51,523 bases of DNA from Pyrinomonadaceae bacterium (GTDB taxonomy: Bacteria > Acidobacteriota > Blastocatellia > Pyrinomonadales > Pyrinomonadaceae). The translations under genes were made by a program, and so were the position numbers. This document shows, piece by piece, positions 8,213 through 16,768 of the stretch. The notes under the pieces were generated by a model. The model was not told the DNA's origin. It worked only from the letters and a program-made list of their open reading frames with translations, and ran no database searches. The number at the start of each line of letters is the position of its first letter. Position 1 is the first letter of the stretch. Where the stretch lies: the NCBI GenBank assembly GCA_041744535.1, contig JBGTKR010000491.1, forward strand, positions 1 to 51,523, given 5' to 3'.

Positions 8213-9442
8213 TTATCTTCGGTAAATCGCCGGAACGGGAATATCTCCTGACACGCCCCACTGCACGATTCGCGTCGAGGAATCCGCGCTGTTTCTGATA
8301 TACCACGTCCCCGTCGACGCTCTCCACACCGCTATATCAACTTTGCCGTCTCCGTCGTAATCGTTCTGAACGGCTTCGTCTCCTGATTGCTGCCAACTGA
8401 TTGTTTGGGTTTGATTATTTGAGCTATAAAGGAAATCCCAATCAGCTCCGCTTCTCAGAGCATAATCAGCCTTGCCATCGCCGTCGTAATCCCCCGGCAC
8501 CGGCTTATCTCCGCTTTGTCCGAATTGTGCCGTCTGCAGTTGTGAGTCGCTACTTCTCAAAATGTAGTATGTTCCCGGATTTCCCTCTCTCCAGACAGCA
8601 ATATCGGCTTTCCCATCGCCGTCGTAATCGGCTGCCACAGGTATGTCCGAAGCAAGTCCGAATGAAACAGTATAAAAGCTGTAATCGGTGCTTCTTTGGA
8701 TATACCAGACTCCGCTGCGGAAAAAGGCAATGTCCGTTTTTCCGTCGCCATCGTAATCGGCTTGAGCAAGCTGATCTCCGCTTTGTCCGAACTGGAGAAC
8801 GGTATAGCCGGAAGGATTGGAACTCGGCTGAATATACCAATTGCCTTCCGATGGTCGAAAGACACAGAAATCGGTTTTGCCGTCACCGTCGTAGTCTCCC
8901 GGAGCCGCTTTATCTGTGGAAAGTCCCCACTGAACAGTGGTCTGCTGTGAACCTTGTCCGCCAAGAACCCACCAAACACCGGTCGAAGGTCGCCAGACCG
9001 CCAGATCAGCCGGCGGCACGGCGGAAGCATTAGCGTCCTCAACCGCTAATAATTTGCTCCCGGCATATAAATATTCCTTCGATAATTGCGGTGTCGGAGT
9101 CGGTGAAGGCATTGGAAGAAAAGGGTTTATCCGGTTGAATAAGGATTTATTGTCCGATGTCAATTGTCCGTTTTGCAATTGTCTTTTAGCATCGTCTTCC
9201 AAATATTTCAGACCCGCTCCAAACGCTCCGAGCGAGAGGAACACAATTATCCCCACTACCAGCCAATGCTGTTTCAGATACGAAAGGTTCAGTTTTCCGA
9301 TAACTCCCGTTGTTTCGTTTTTCTGGGAAGCAGTCGTTAGATTCGTTTTTCCCCTGAATTCAGAATTTTTAATACCTTCTGTTAACCCGGTTTCGATCAG
9401 AGCTTCGGCTTTGAGCGCATTTCTTCTTTTCTTTTTCGACAT
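8213..9442 (-). CDS. Single-pass membrane protein with FG-GAP/VCBS-type repeats
   Basis: The N-terminus is basic, followed by a TM segment (WLVVGIIVFLSLGAFGAGL). There are six or more repeats of DYDGDGK(T/A)D(I/F)AV(W/F)R...G.WYI. At DNA level this gives a periodicity of about 130-137 bp. Confidence 0.85.
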   Translation of the reverse strand: MSKKKRRNALKAEALIETGLTEGIKNSEFRGKTNLTTASQKNETTGVIGKLNLSYLKQHWLVVGIIVFLSLGAFGAGLKYLEDDAKRQLQNGQLTSDNKSLFNRINPFLPMPSPTPTPQLSKEYLYAGSKLLAVEDANASAVPPADLAVWRPSTGVWWVLGGQGSQQTTVQWGLSTDKAAPGDYDGDGKTDFCVFRPSEGNWYIQPSSNPSGYTVLQFGQSGDQLAQADYDGDGKTDIAFFRSGVWYIQRSTDYSFYTVSFGLASDIPVAADYDGDGKADIAVWREGNPGTYYILRSSDSQLQTAQFGQSGDKPVPGDYDGDGKADYALRSGADWDFLYSSNNQTQTISWQQSGDEAVQNDYDGDGKVDIAVWRASTGTWYIRNSADSSTRIVQWGVSGDIPVPAIYRR

Positions 9443-10421
9443 AATTTTTTTAATTATTTCTCTCTTGGCTGTTAAACAGACATCGGTCCATATCCGAAGA
9501 AGTGAAAATACACCTCCGGCTTTTAGTTTAAATGTCTGAATCTGATTGATTTTTATGAACGGAAGGTTTAAGATGCAATCTTGAACGTGGTTAGCATCTT
9601 TTGAACCGATTCTGTTCTAAAGATTAGCCGATCCTGCCGGAATGATAACGTCAATTATTATTCCGGCTTTTTCTGTTTATAAAAGACAGAAAAAGCGGCA
9701 AATCTGAGTAAAATCAACAATTTTTCATCAAAGAACTTTATTCTTTATATTTCTTTGCTTTAATTAATTTTCAACCCCTTAAGTAGTAACCGACGACATA
9801 AAAAAAGCTGATCATCCTCAAATACATATAGGACAATCCGCTTTCCTTAAAACTTTTATTTGTTCGATTATTTGCCAACACTTCTGCTTAGAAATAACCG
9901 GAACCAGAAATCCGTAAAAAGATTCCCGGTTTAATTTTATTAAATTGTAAAAATTATCCGACATTAAATAAAACAGTTAGCTGTGCTGGCAATTTTTAAG
10001 ATGTGAAGCGGCAGAAACTCTGCGTGCACATAATAAAAATCCAAATTTAAGGTAATTTTTTCTGATAAAAAGATCAAAGAAGTTTATCAATAAAACTTCA
10101 ATCAAAAAATAAAAAGTCGTTCTCGTTTCCCCGTAAAACTTCGGTCTTTTTCTTTCACAAAAAAGTATTTTTTTCCTTTCAGAAATGCTTCCCCGCAAAA
10201 ATACTTTTTTCTCTTTTTTGTTGTCGGTTGAAAAAAACGGTATCACAGAAAAATTTCAAGTGTCAAGATTTTTTTGCAATCTTTTTCTTTTTTTCTTCAA
10301 AGTTCTTCCGGTTTAATAAAATAAAACATTCTATAAACCGTTGTAAAAGCATGGCTTGAGTTTGTTTAAAGAAAACTGCAATTTATCCGAAAAAGTTAAG
10401 AAATTAGCAACATCTCTTTTA

Positions 10422-10877
10422 TCATTTTCCTAGCTTCGGAAATTGCTTTTCATCTGTGGTATCGAATCCTTTTTGTATTTTTACTGGATTGAGCAAATTG
10501 ATGATATTATCGGAGAGTTTATAAACTCTTCTGGCAGCAAACCCACCATCAGCCGTCAGCCACGCCGAACAATTCCGGCACGGCTCCCACAACAAATAAA
10601 CATCCGAGATCGGACAGGAAAATCTGATCTCGCTGAAATCTATCGTCGCAGGCGCCAGGGTTAAAAGTTTTGCCAGAGCCTCCGCTTCGGCACAGGCATA
10701 TGCGCTTCTCGTTCCCTCATTATGCAGAGAGTCCATAAACTGTCCGAGCGGCGCGGCATACCTTTTGATCGCTTCTGAAGGGGGGGCGCTGTCAAATATA
10801 TTTCTGTCACCTGCGTTGTAACCCATCACCGTGAACTCATCTTTACCTTCTTTGTAAATTGCTTTGATACTTGGCAT
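10422..10877 (-). CDS. Small deaminase-fold protein (cytidine/nucleic-acid deaminase superfamily)
   Basis: It has SAYACAEAEAL (a C-A-E zinc and catalytic motif at a helix start), then 35 intervening residues, then WEPCRNCSAWL (PCxxC). This is the signature arrangement of the deaminase fold. The protein is 151 aa with no signal peptide. Confidence 0.6.
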   Translation of the reverse strand: MPSIKAIYKEGKDEFTVMGYNAGDRNIFDSAPPSEAIKRYAAPLGQFMDSLHNEGTRSAYACAEAEALAKLLTLAPATIDFSEIRFSCPISDVYLLWEPCRNCSAWLTADGGFAARRVYKLSDNIINLLNPVKIQKGFDTTDEKQFPKLGK

Positions 10878-11083
10878 TGCTCTTTCTCAGCCTCCTTTTA
10901 GAATTTTGATTTTTATTTTTGGAAAGATTTATTCTTTCCATTGATATATGATTGTTTTTTCAAAATCATTACAGGAAGAATTTGCCGATATTGAGAAAAG
11001 TAAGAGATTTTTCAATGAGTTAGGAAATGTGCAAAATGTTTTTTTGCATAAAAGATAAGATTTTCGGAGACTTCTTGTAGAAA

Positions 11084-11446
11084 TCATTTTTTAATCAATG
11101 AATCCACCGCGCCCAGTACCTCACGCTTATAAAAAGGTTTATCCAGCGTGCGGTCGGCTCCGAGATGTTTTGCCATTTCGATACGCGGGTTTTCCACCCC
11201 TCCTCCGCTCATGGCAATGATCCTGACACCGGGATATTTCCTTCGGAGTTCCATAATGGTTTCAATGCCGTCTTTTCCCGGCATCTTTATATCGATAATT
11301 ACTAAATCAGGCTGCAATCGCAAATAAACTTCAAGATCTTCCGCACCGCCCCCTGCTTCCAGAACTTCGTGTCCGGCAAACTCCAGAATTTCTCTCAGGA
11401 CGTGTCTGAATTTTTCTTCGTCGTCAACAATCAAAATTTGCGCCAT
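11084..11446 (-). CDS. Stand-alone CheY-like response-regulator receiver domain
   Basis: ILIVDDE..., DLVIIDIKMPGKDG (phospho-acceptor Asp context), IIAMSGGG and DKPF are all present. The protein is 120 aa with no output domain. Confidence 0.9.
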   Translation of the reverse strand: MAQILIVDDEEKFRHVLREILEFAGHEVLEAGGGAEDLEVYLRLQPDLVIIDIKMPGKDGIETIMELRRKYPGVRIIAMSGGGVENPRIEMAKHLGADRTLDKPFYKREVLGAVDSLIKK

Positions 11447-11686
11447 TTTTCATCCCTACCCTGTCTTTTACGATTATTGCAAACGATTATCACATCAATA
11501 GATGCGGAGACCAAATACTTCATCGTTATAAGGCTTGATTTTACAAATCTTTACAAAACAATTTGTTTAACAGGGATGAGTTTATATGGATGAAAGAAAA
11601 AGCCGGTTTGAGAAAATTAACAATAATATTGCAGAGAAACCTGACTCTAATGATATAATCTGCCTATATTTCCCTGAGAGAGTGCG

Positions 11687-11833
11687 TGGCAAGATTGGGG
11701 AGGAGTCGAACCCTTGCGGTTCGGATAATGCCCCGACCTGCCAAAAACATTTCGACGCGTGTGGCAGCGCTTTAATTGTTGAAACCGAGAAGCCCTGATG
11801 TCTTAACCATTTGGGCTTCTCGGTTTTCTCAAC
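11687..11833. other. Cluster of stable hairpins; possible structured RNA or terminator, strand unresolved
   Basis: One hairpin has a 14-bp perfect stem, aaaccgagaagccc (11782-11795) with gggcttctcggttt (11813-11826), extended by gttg/caac. A second is cgaacc-cttgc-ggttcg (11707-11723), enclosed by gggg/cccc. A third pairs ctgcca (11738-11743) with tggcag (11762-11767). An alternative partner, tggcaa, lies at 11687-11692. Confidence 0.3.
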
Positions 11834-12228
11834 CTGCATTCATGCAATGAAAATTGAATCTGCCCCGAAATATGTAGTTTTCAAGCAGTATAATATACCC
11901 GTATCTCTTGAGATCGGTAAATAACCGTTCAGAACTGTTTATAACTTTTAATCTTAGAAAAGATCGAAATGTTATGGAAAAAGATAAAATATGATTTACT
12001 GTCGTGAAAAGCTTATACTTCCTACCAAAACCTTTGCGAAGAACTAAATAAAGTCCTTTACAAATCGGCTCAAAATATTACATTACTTTTGCTTAGGTGC
12101 TTAGATTTTTGCACATTACTGAGAGTGTCAAAAATCACTGATTGTCAAAGTTTCTTTAGTAATCTGACCGGGCGAACCTTTAACAATCAAGACAAGATTA
12201 ATTATGTTTTCTTTCACGCAAACGCAAC

Positions 12229-13077
12229 TCATCCTTCTACAGGAGGATATTCGATTGCCGGAACACAGGCTCCAACTTCGATACCTTTTGGATTCTTGCT
12301 TAATTTGAATTGCCTATTCTCTGTATCAGGATCCTTTAGCAGATCATAATAAAAGCGAAAATCAGAGTCATCTTTCATAAGCTCTTCACATTCCGGCTTA
12401 TTAGTACAGTGATTGGTAAACATAATGTCATAGACAAACTCAGCGGCGGAATCTCTCTCGGGAAGTTTTAACTCGCTAATAAGAGTTGCCTCATGAGCTG
12501 CCTCAATTTTGATTTCAGTTTCACTACCGTTGTCGCACATTATTTTTCCGCCTAATATCTTGCCGAATTCCTTATCTGTAGCACCTGGATTAGCCGTATC
12601 CTCTATCTGAAAACCCTTGATTGTCTCCAGCGTGTAAAAGGCACAATCACTAATAGAAAGAACGATGGGAGGCGAGGGCGGCGGCGGATTTTTAGGAACA
12701 AGTCCCTTTCTATGTAATATAGGCAGATTCAGCATCTTACTTAAATGATGTTCGTCGGGGCTGATCGGGGCTTCGATGCTACCGAAGGATGTTGAATTAT
12801 TCGCCTTGACAGAAATCTTTTGTCCCAAAACAATTTTGGCAATGTGGTAAAGAATCGGTACATTTGAACCGCGCCTTTTTTGAATAACTGCCAGGAAAAG
12901 CTCATGGTGCGGCACATGGCTTAAAAATTTTATTTCCGAAATATCGGTCGCCAGCCGGCAAAGTGCCAGTCCGGTTATCGAAATCCTGACATTTGCATCG
13001 GCGGGAAAGGATTCGGCGGTTGCCGACTCGGATAAAAATAATTCATTAACCTTTAGTGATTTTGTTTCTTTAGACAT
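12229..13077 (-). CDS. Hypothetical protein, last gene of the ECF/CHAT cluster
   Basis: This 282-aa ORF starts 37 nt after the CHAT gene stop on the same strand. It has no signal peptide, a PPPPSPP linker and Cys/His-containing C-terminal segments. I recognised no family. Confidence 0.6.
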   Translation of the reverse strand: MSKETKSLKVNELFLSESATAESFPADANVRISITGLALCRLATDISEIKFLSHVPHHELFLAVIQKRRGSNVPILYHIAKIVLGQKISVKANNSTSFGSIEAPISPDEHHLSKMLNLPILHRKGLVPKNPPPPSPPIVLSISDCAFYTLETIKGFQIEDTANPGATDKEFGKILGGKIMCDNGSETEIKIEAAHEATLISELKLPERDSAAEFVYDIMFTNHCTNKPECEELMKDDSDFRFYYDLLKDPDTENRQFKLSKNPKGIEVGACVPAIEYPPVEG

Positions 13078-13114
13078 TTTTTCTCCTCCGTATTTTTTTT
13101 GTTTTCAATTAGAA

Positions 13115-16100
13115 CTAAAATTCCGAAAATCCTCCGAAGGGGATAAAAGCAGCCCAGTAATACGGGTTACGAAACTGCGTATTTTCACCTTCAAGTAGAT
13201 CTATCTGCGCCCGGCGCAGGGCTGCCGGCGTCGAAAGCTTTTCCAGTTTGCGATAGCGATGAAAACGTATCATCAGCTCCGCGGTCGAATCCGAATCAAC
13301 CTTCCACTGACTGGCGACAATAACCGGAACTCCTAAAGCCAAAAAAGTCCGGGCTGCTCCAATCATTCCCTCACCCTCATAAAAGCGTTCGACCCCGGTT
13401 TCACAAGCTGAAAGAACAATGAGTTGTGTATCTGAAAGTTTTCCCTCAAAGATTTCATAATTAGCGAGAACCGAATCCTTCTTTTCCCGCGTCTGTACGT
13501 TTTCCGCCAGGACAAGGGCGGAAAATAGAGGATTTTTTTGATCGACAACATAATGCCCGGCAAAATGCACCACATCCGCTTTTGACAAATTCTCTTTTAC
13601 CATCTTTTTTGAGGCATCCTTTCCCGTCAATAGAACCGTCGTTTTGTAGAACCGAGAAATCTCCCTTGCTTCCCATTCAGCCGAATCGAGATCAGCTAAA
13701 TCCGCAAACTCTTTTCGACTAAATGACGGATTCCCGATACTGAGCAGGGTTTCGTCCGTATTTTCGAACAACTCACGCGCTCTTTTGGAACTGTTTAAGA
13801 AAACATTGGCACTTGGCGACAGGAACAGGTTGTATTTAGTAATAAAAAACCTATTCTCCCCCGGTGAAATAAGGGCGGCAACAGATAGATGAAATAATAT
13901 CTTGTCGGGAATCAGACAGACCTTTTTTCCCCCGTCCAGTTTTTCTTCTACCGGGCTGATCAGTATTTGGTAAAGTTCTCTGGCTAAAGCGTCCCGCTCG
14001 TTTGCTTGCGGGTGATTGCTGATTGAAATCAAAGCCAAAAATTTTCTGACTTTATCCTCCAAAGCCGGGGCGGAAATATCCGTTTTATAGACGCTGAATT
14101 CCTCTTTTGTCAGCAGCCAGATCAGGGTTTTATCGCCGAGGACAGAGTACTGGATGATTTGCACATCTTCGGGCATCATCGCCCTGATCTCAGACAGTTT
14201 TAGCGGTTCGGCAACATTTAAAGAAAATTTAATTTCAGGATTTAGCCCTTCCTTTGAAATTTCGACAGCAGCATTTTGGAGATCCAGGAGGGAACGCGAA
14301 CGGGATTCTTCGGAATAATCAAAAGCTCTTTCATAATTTTGTTTTTCAAATTCGTAATTAGTAGCGATATCGTAAACGCTCTGTTCCTTGTCAAAAAAGA
14401 GATTCCGGTTCTGTTCCTCCAAAATCTTTGTCCGGTATTCGCGGAAAAGACTCAAAATAACCGGAAGTTCCCCTTCAAAACCGGAATCGTCGTTGGTCTC
14501 GGAGTAGCAGAGCAAGCGTCCCTTATGAGCTTCATAGCGATTTATTTGAAATTCTCCGGTTTCGTAAAAAGTAAGAGCTTTTTCATAATTTTGTAACGCC
14601 TGCGAACAGTCTTTTGCCTGTCGCTGGATATGTGCCGTCTGCAAATCGGCATAAGCATTGCTTTTCTTCTTTAATGCCTCATCGGTAAATTCTTCTGCCA
14701 CTTTCCGCCCCTTATCGAATGAGCTAAAAGCTTCCTCATATTTCCCCTGAGTCCCGTAAATGAGTCCCAGGTCTATATACGATGAGTAAACGAACGAATC
14801 TACCCGCAGGGCTTTCGCCAATATCAAAGATTCATTTCTGTAAGTTATTGCCGCATCATATAATTTCATTGCCAGAAATATGCCTGATACGGCGTAGAAA
14901 TCTCTCCATTTTTGGCGGTCGCTGGATTCCGGAAAAGCGGCTAAAAAAAGACCTTTTTGGGCAAAAACGAGAGCCTCATTATTGTCGCCAAGCCGCCGAT
15001 AAACGTCGGCTTGCTGCAAAAGAGATTTTTGCTCGTTAAAAAGATCAAAAACCTGCCCGGAATACTCAATCGCTTTCCGGTTATATTCAATAGCCCCGGA
15101 CAAATCTTTTGAAATCACCCCATTGTTTGCGAGCCAGCCGAAAACGTGCGAAGCCAGCCAGTAGTATTTATTGCTTTCACAAAAATCGGATAATTCCTGA
15201 AGAATCCGCGTACTGTTATCAATCTGGTTGAGCCGGTTTAGAGAATACCCGATCCAGTAATCGCAAAACCGGGCTTCCCAGATATTTTTAGATTTTTCAA
15301 AAAGAGCACGGGCGCGGGTAAACTCGGCAAGCGCCTTCTGGTGATTGTTTAGCCCGATTTGTTCATATCCTTGGCGGACTGAATTATTTGCCTCTTTGAG
15401 ATCGACCATCTGAGAGGGTGTCGCGGCAGCGTAAAACTTTGCGATATCTAAAAAAAACAGATCACGCGACCTGTTTTTTTCAAGTTCTCCGATATACGTC
15501 ATCGCCGATAAATACTTCGGTTTATCAGTGCCTTCAGCTTCCAAAAATAAAAAAATAAGCTGTTGCGGGATCAATTTTCCGGTTATCATCTCCCGATTTC
15601 GACTGACAATCCGGTAAGCCGTTTCATCATCCGCGTTGTGGTAGGCAGAAAAAAAATCCTGCAGAAGTTGTTGCGGGGTTTTGCTCTGTTGCCGGTTGAA
15701 TTCGAGCAGTTTTAAATTATTACGAGCCTCGTCCGCCCAGGGCGAGAAAGAGTCTTTTTCCAGATATTTCTGCCAAGCTTCTCGTGCCTGCTGAGCAAGT
15801 CCCATTTTTTGCAAAATTAAAGCCCGGTTGAAAAGTGCTTCGGGCAGCGAGTCATTAATTTCTAAAGCCCGGTTGAAGGCTTCAAGACTTTTTGCCTTAT
15901 TTACCAAGCTCTCGTCAAATTTTTTGTCCGCCTCCTCTAGTTTGGATTTCTCCAGAAGAGTGGCACCGATGTCGCTGTGGAGCGCGGCATTATCCGGTGC
16001 CAGCGTTAGGGCGAGGTTAAATTCTTTTAATGCCTCATCGAATTTTTTGTCCGCTAAAAACAATAGCCCGAGCGCGTGATGGGCTTGCGCGTCCGTTTCA

Positions 16101-16768
16101 TTTAAGGTCGCGTCCAGCAGAAACCGTTCGGCGCGGCGATATGCCCGCTGATCCGCGGCAGCAGGGTCGGAGCCGCGGGTTTCCGACATCGGAGCGTAAT
16201 CAAAATTCACCGAAAGGCGCGGCTCGACGGGGCGCTGCCCGCGGTAGGCAAGGCGAAGCTGGGCAATTCCCCGGTCAACATCCGATTGATAAAACGCTAC
16301 CCGCCAAACGCCTAAGACGAGAAATCCCGCAATCAGAATTACGGCGGCGAACCGGACAGTCGCCGTAGAAAACAGCTGCCGCCAGAAAAAACCCGCTCTT
16401 TTTTCTTGAACCGGTTCTTTTAGGTTTTGCGTTTTATTTTTGCCGGCATATTTTTGCAAATTTCGGATGAGCTGAAGTTTTTCCTGACGTTCGGGAAGAA
16501 TCAGAAAAAATCTGAGAAAATGCTCCCGTTGCGACTGAGTGAGATCGCCGTCCAGATAATTTTCAATCAATTCGTCTTCGGCGACGGATATTTTTTCATT
16601 GAAATCATCATCAACCATAATTTTTTCTTCGAATTGGCGCATTTTCGTTTCATCAGCCAGGTTTCCCAGCAGGTAGTCCCTGATCGCCGATTGCTCATCC
16701 AAATCATCTTTTATCTCCTCTTCACCCTTCTTCATAACATAATGACCAAAATTAAAAAAACCTCTCAT
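13115..16768 (-). CDS. Anti-sigma-like N-domain, TM segment, TPR array and CHAT (caspase-like) protease
   Basis: I place the start at the Met whose ATG overlaps the sigma-factor stop as ATGA (16765-16768). The N-terminus reads IRDYLLGNLADETKMRQFEEKIMVDDDF...LIENYLDGDL. The TM segment is VRFAAVILIAGFLVLGVW. A long TPR-like region follows. The C-terminal CHAT dyad is VVHFAGH...LIVLSACETG. Confidence 0.85.
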   Translation of the reverse strand: MRGFFNFGHYVMKKGEEEIKDDLDEQSAIRDYLLGNLADETKMRQFEEKIMVDDDFNEKISVAEDELIENYLDGDLTQSQREHFLRFFLILPERQEKLQLIRNLQKYAGKNKTQNLKEPVQEKRAGFFWRQLFSTATVRFAAVILIAGFLVLGVWRVAFYQSDVDRGIAQLRLAYRGQRPVEPRLSVNFDYAPMSETRGSDPAAADQRAYRRAERFLLDATLNETDAQAHHALGLLFLADKKFDEALKEFNLALTLAPDNAALHSDIGATLLEKSKLEEADKKFDESLVNKAKSLEAFNRALEINDSLPEALFNRALILQKMGLAQQAREAWQKYLEKDSFSPWADEARNNLKLLEFNRQQSKTPQQLLQDFFSAYHNADDETAYRIVSRNREMITGKLIPQQLIFLFLEAEGTDKPKYLSAMTYIGELEKNRSRDLFFLDIAKFYAAATPSQMVDLKEANNSVRQGYEQIGLNNHQKALAEFTRARALFEKSKNIWEARFCDYWIGYSLNRLNQIDNSTRILQELSDFCESNKYYWLASHVFGWLANNGVISKDLSGAIEYNRKAIEYSGQVFDLFNEQKSLLQQADVYRRLGDNNEALVFAQKGLFLAAFPESSDRQKWRDFYAVSGIFLAMKLYDAAITYRNESLILAKALRVDSFVYSSYIDLGLIYGTQGKYEEAFSSFDKGRKVAEEFTDEALKKKSNAYADLQTAHIQRQAKDCSQALQNYEKALTFYETGEFQINRYEAHKGRLLCYSETNDDSGFEGELPVILSLFREYRTKILEEQNRNLFFDKEQSVYDIATNYEFEKQNYERAFDYSEESRSRSLLDLQNAAVEISKEGLNPEIKFSLNVAEPLKLSEIRAMMPEDVQIIQYSVLGDKTLIWLLTKEEFSVYKTDISAPALEDKVRKFLALISISNHPQANERDALARELYQILISPVEEKLDGGKKVCLIPDKILFHLSVAALISPGENRFFITKYNLFLSPSANVFLNSSKRARELFENTDETLLSIGNPSFSRKEFADLADLDSAEWEAREISRFYKTTVLLTGKDASKKMVKENLSKADVVHFAGHYVVDQKNPLFSALVLAENVQTREKKDSVLANYEIFEGKLSDTQLIVLSACETGVERFYEGEGMIGAARTFLALGVPVIVASQWKVDSDSTAELMIRFHRYRKLEKLSTPAALRRAQIDLLEGENTQFRNPYYWAAFIPFGGFSEF

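Noticed and set aside
8290-8900. A regularly spaced repeat of about 130-137 bp (ccgtcgccatcgtaatc-like) could suggest a CRISPR-like or satellite array.
   Set aside because: The repeats are the coding periodicity of the DYDGDGKxD FG-GAP/VCBS modules in the 409-aa ORF. The segments between them are also coding and related to one another. No CRISPR architecture is present.
8401-9539. Several long ORFs (210, 200, 161, 96 and 84 aa) overlap the FG-GAP gene on both strands.
   Set aside because: Their Arg/Pro/Ser-rich, low-complexity translations are typical shadow frames of a repeat-rich gene. The 409-aa frame has clear domain repeats and a TM anchor.
9977-10246. An 89-aa minus-strand ORF in the long intergenic spacer.
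   Set aside because: It is a Lys/Phe-rich low-complexity translation of A/T homopolymer DNA, with no RBS context. It is probably non-coding.
11697-11735. A minus-strand GGGTTCGACTCC motif followed by ...TTGCCA looked like a tRNA or tmRNA T-arm and acceptor end.
   Set aside because: The would-be T-stem pairs only 3 bp. The GGTTCG instead pairs perfectly with an upstream CGAACC to form an ordinary hairpin. No complementary 5-prime acceptor strand, D-arm or anticodon arm can be drawn. I therefore do not call it a tRNA or tmRNA.
12089-12349. An 86-aa plus-strand ORF.
   Set aside because: It overlaps the 3-prime end of the well-supported 282-aa minus-strand gene, and nothing is recognisable in it.
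16030-16368. A 112-aa Arg/Gly-rich plus-strand ORF.
   Set aside because: It is antisense to the TPR region of the CHAT gene and has the composition typical of a shadow frame.
13115-16768. The idea that the TPR-CHAT protease is the activating protease of the neighbouring gasdermin-like protein, as CHAT proteases are in some bGSDM systems.
   Set aside because: A single TM helix follows the anti-sigma-like N-domain. This predicts that the TPR-CHAT part lies outside the cytoplasm, whereas the gasdermin-like protein has no export signal. The gene also belongs to a separate sigma-coupled operon. I keep only a possible regulatory link, not a direct protease-substrate claim.
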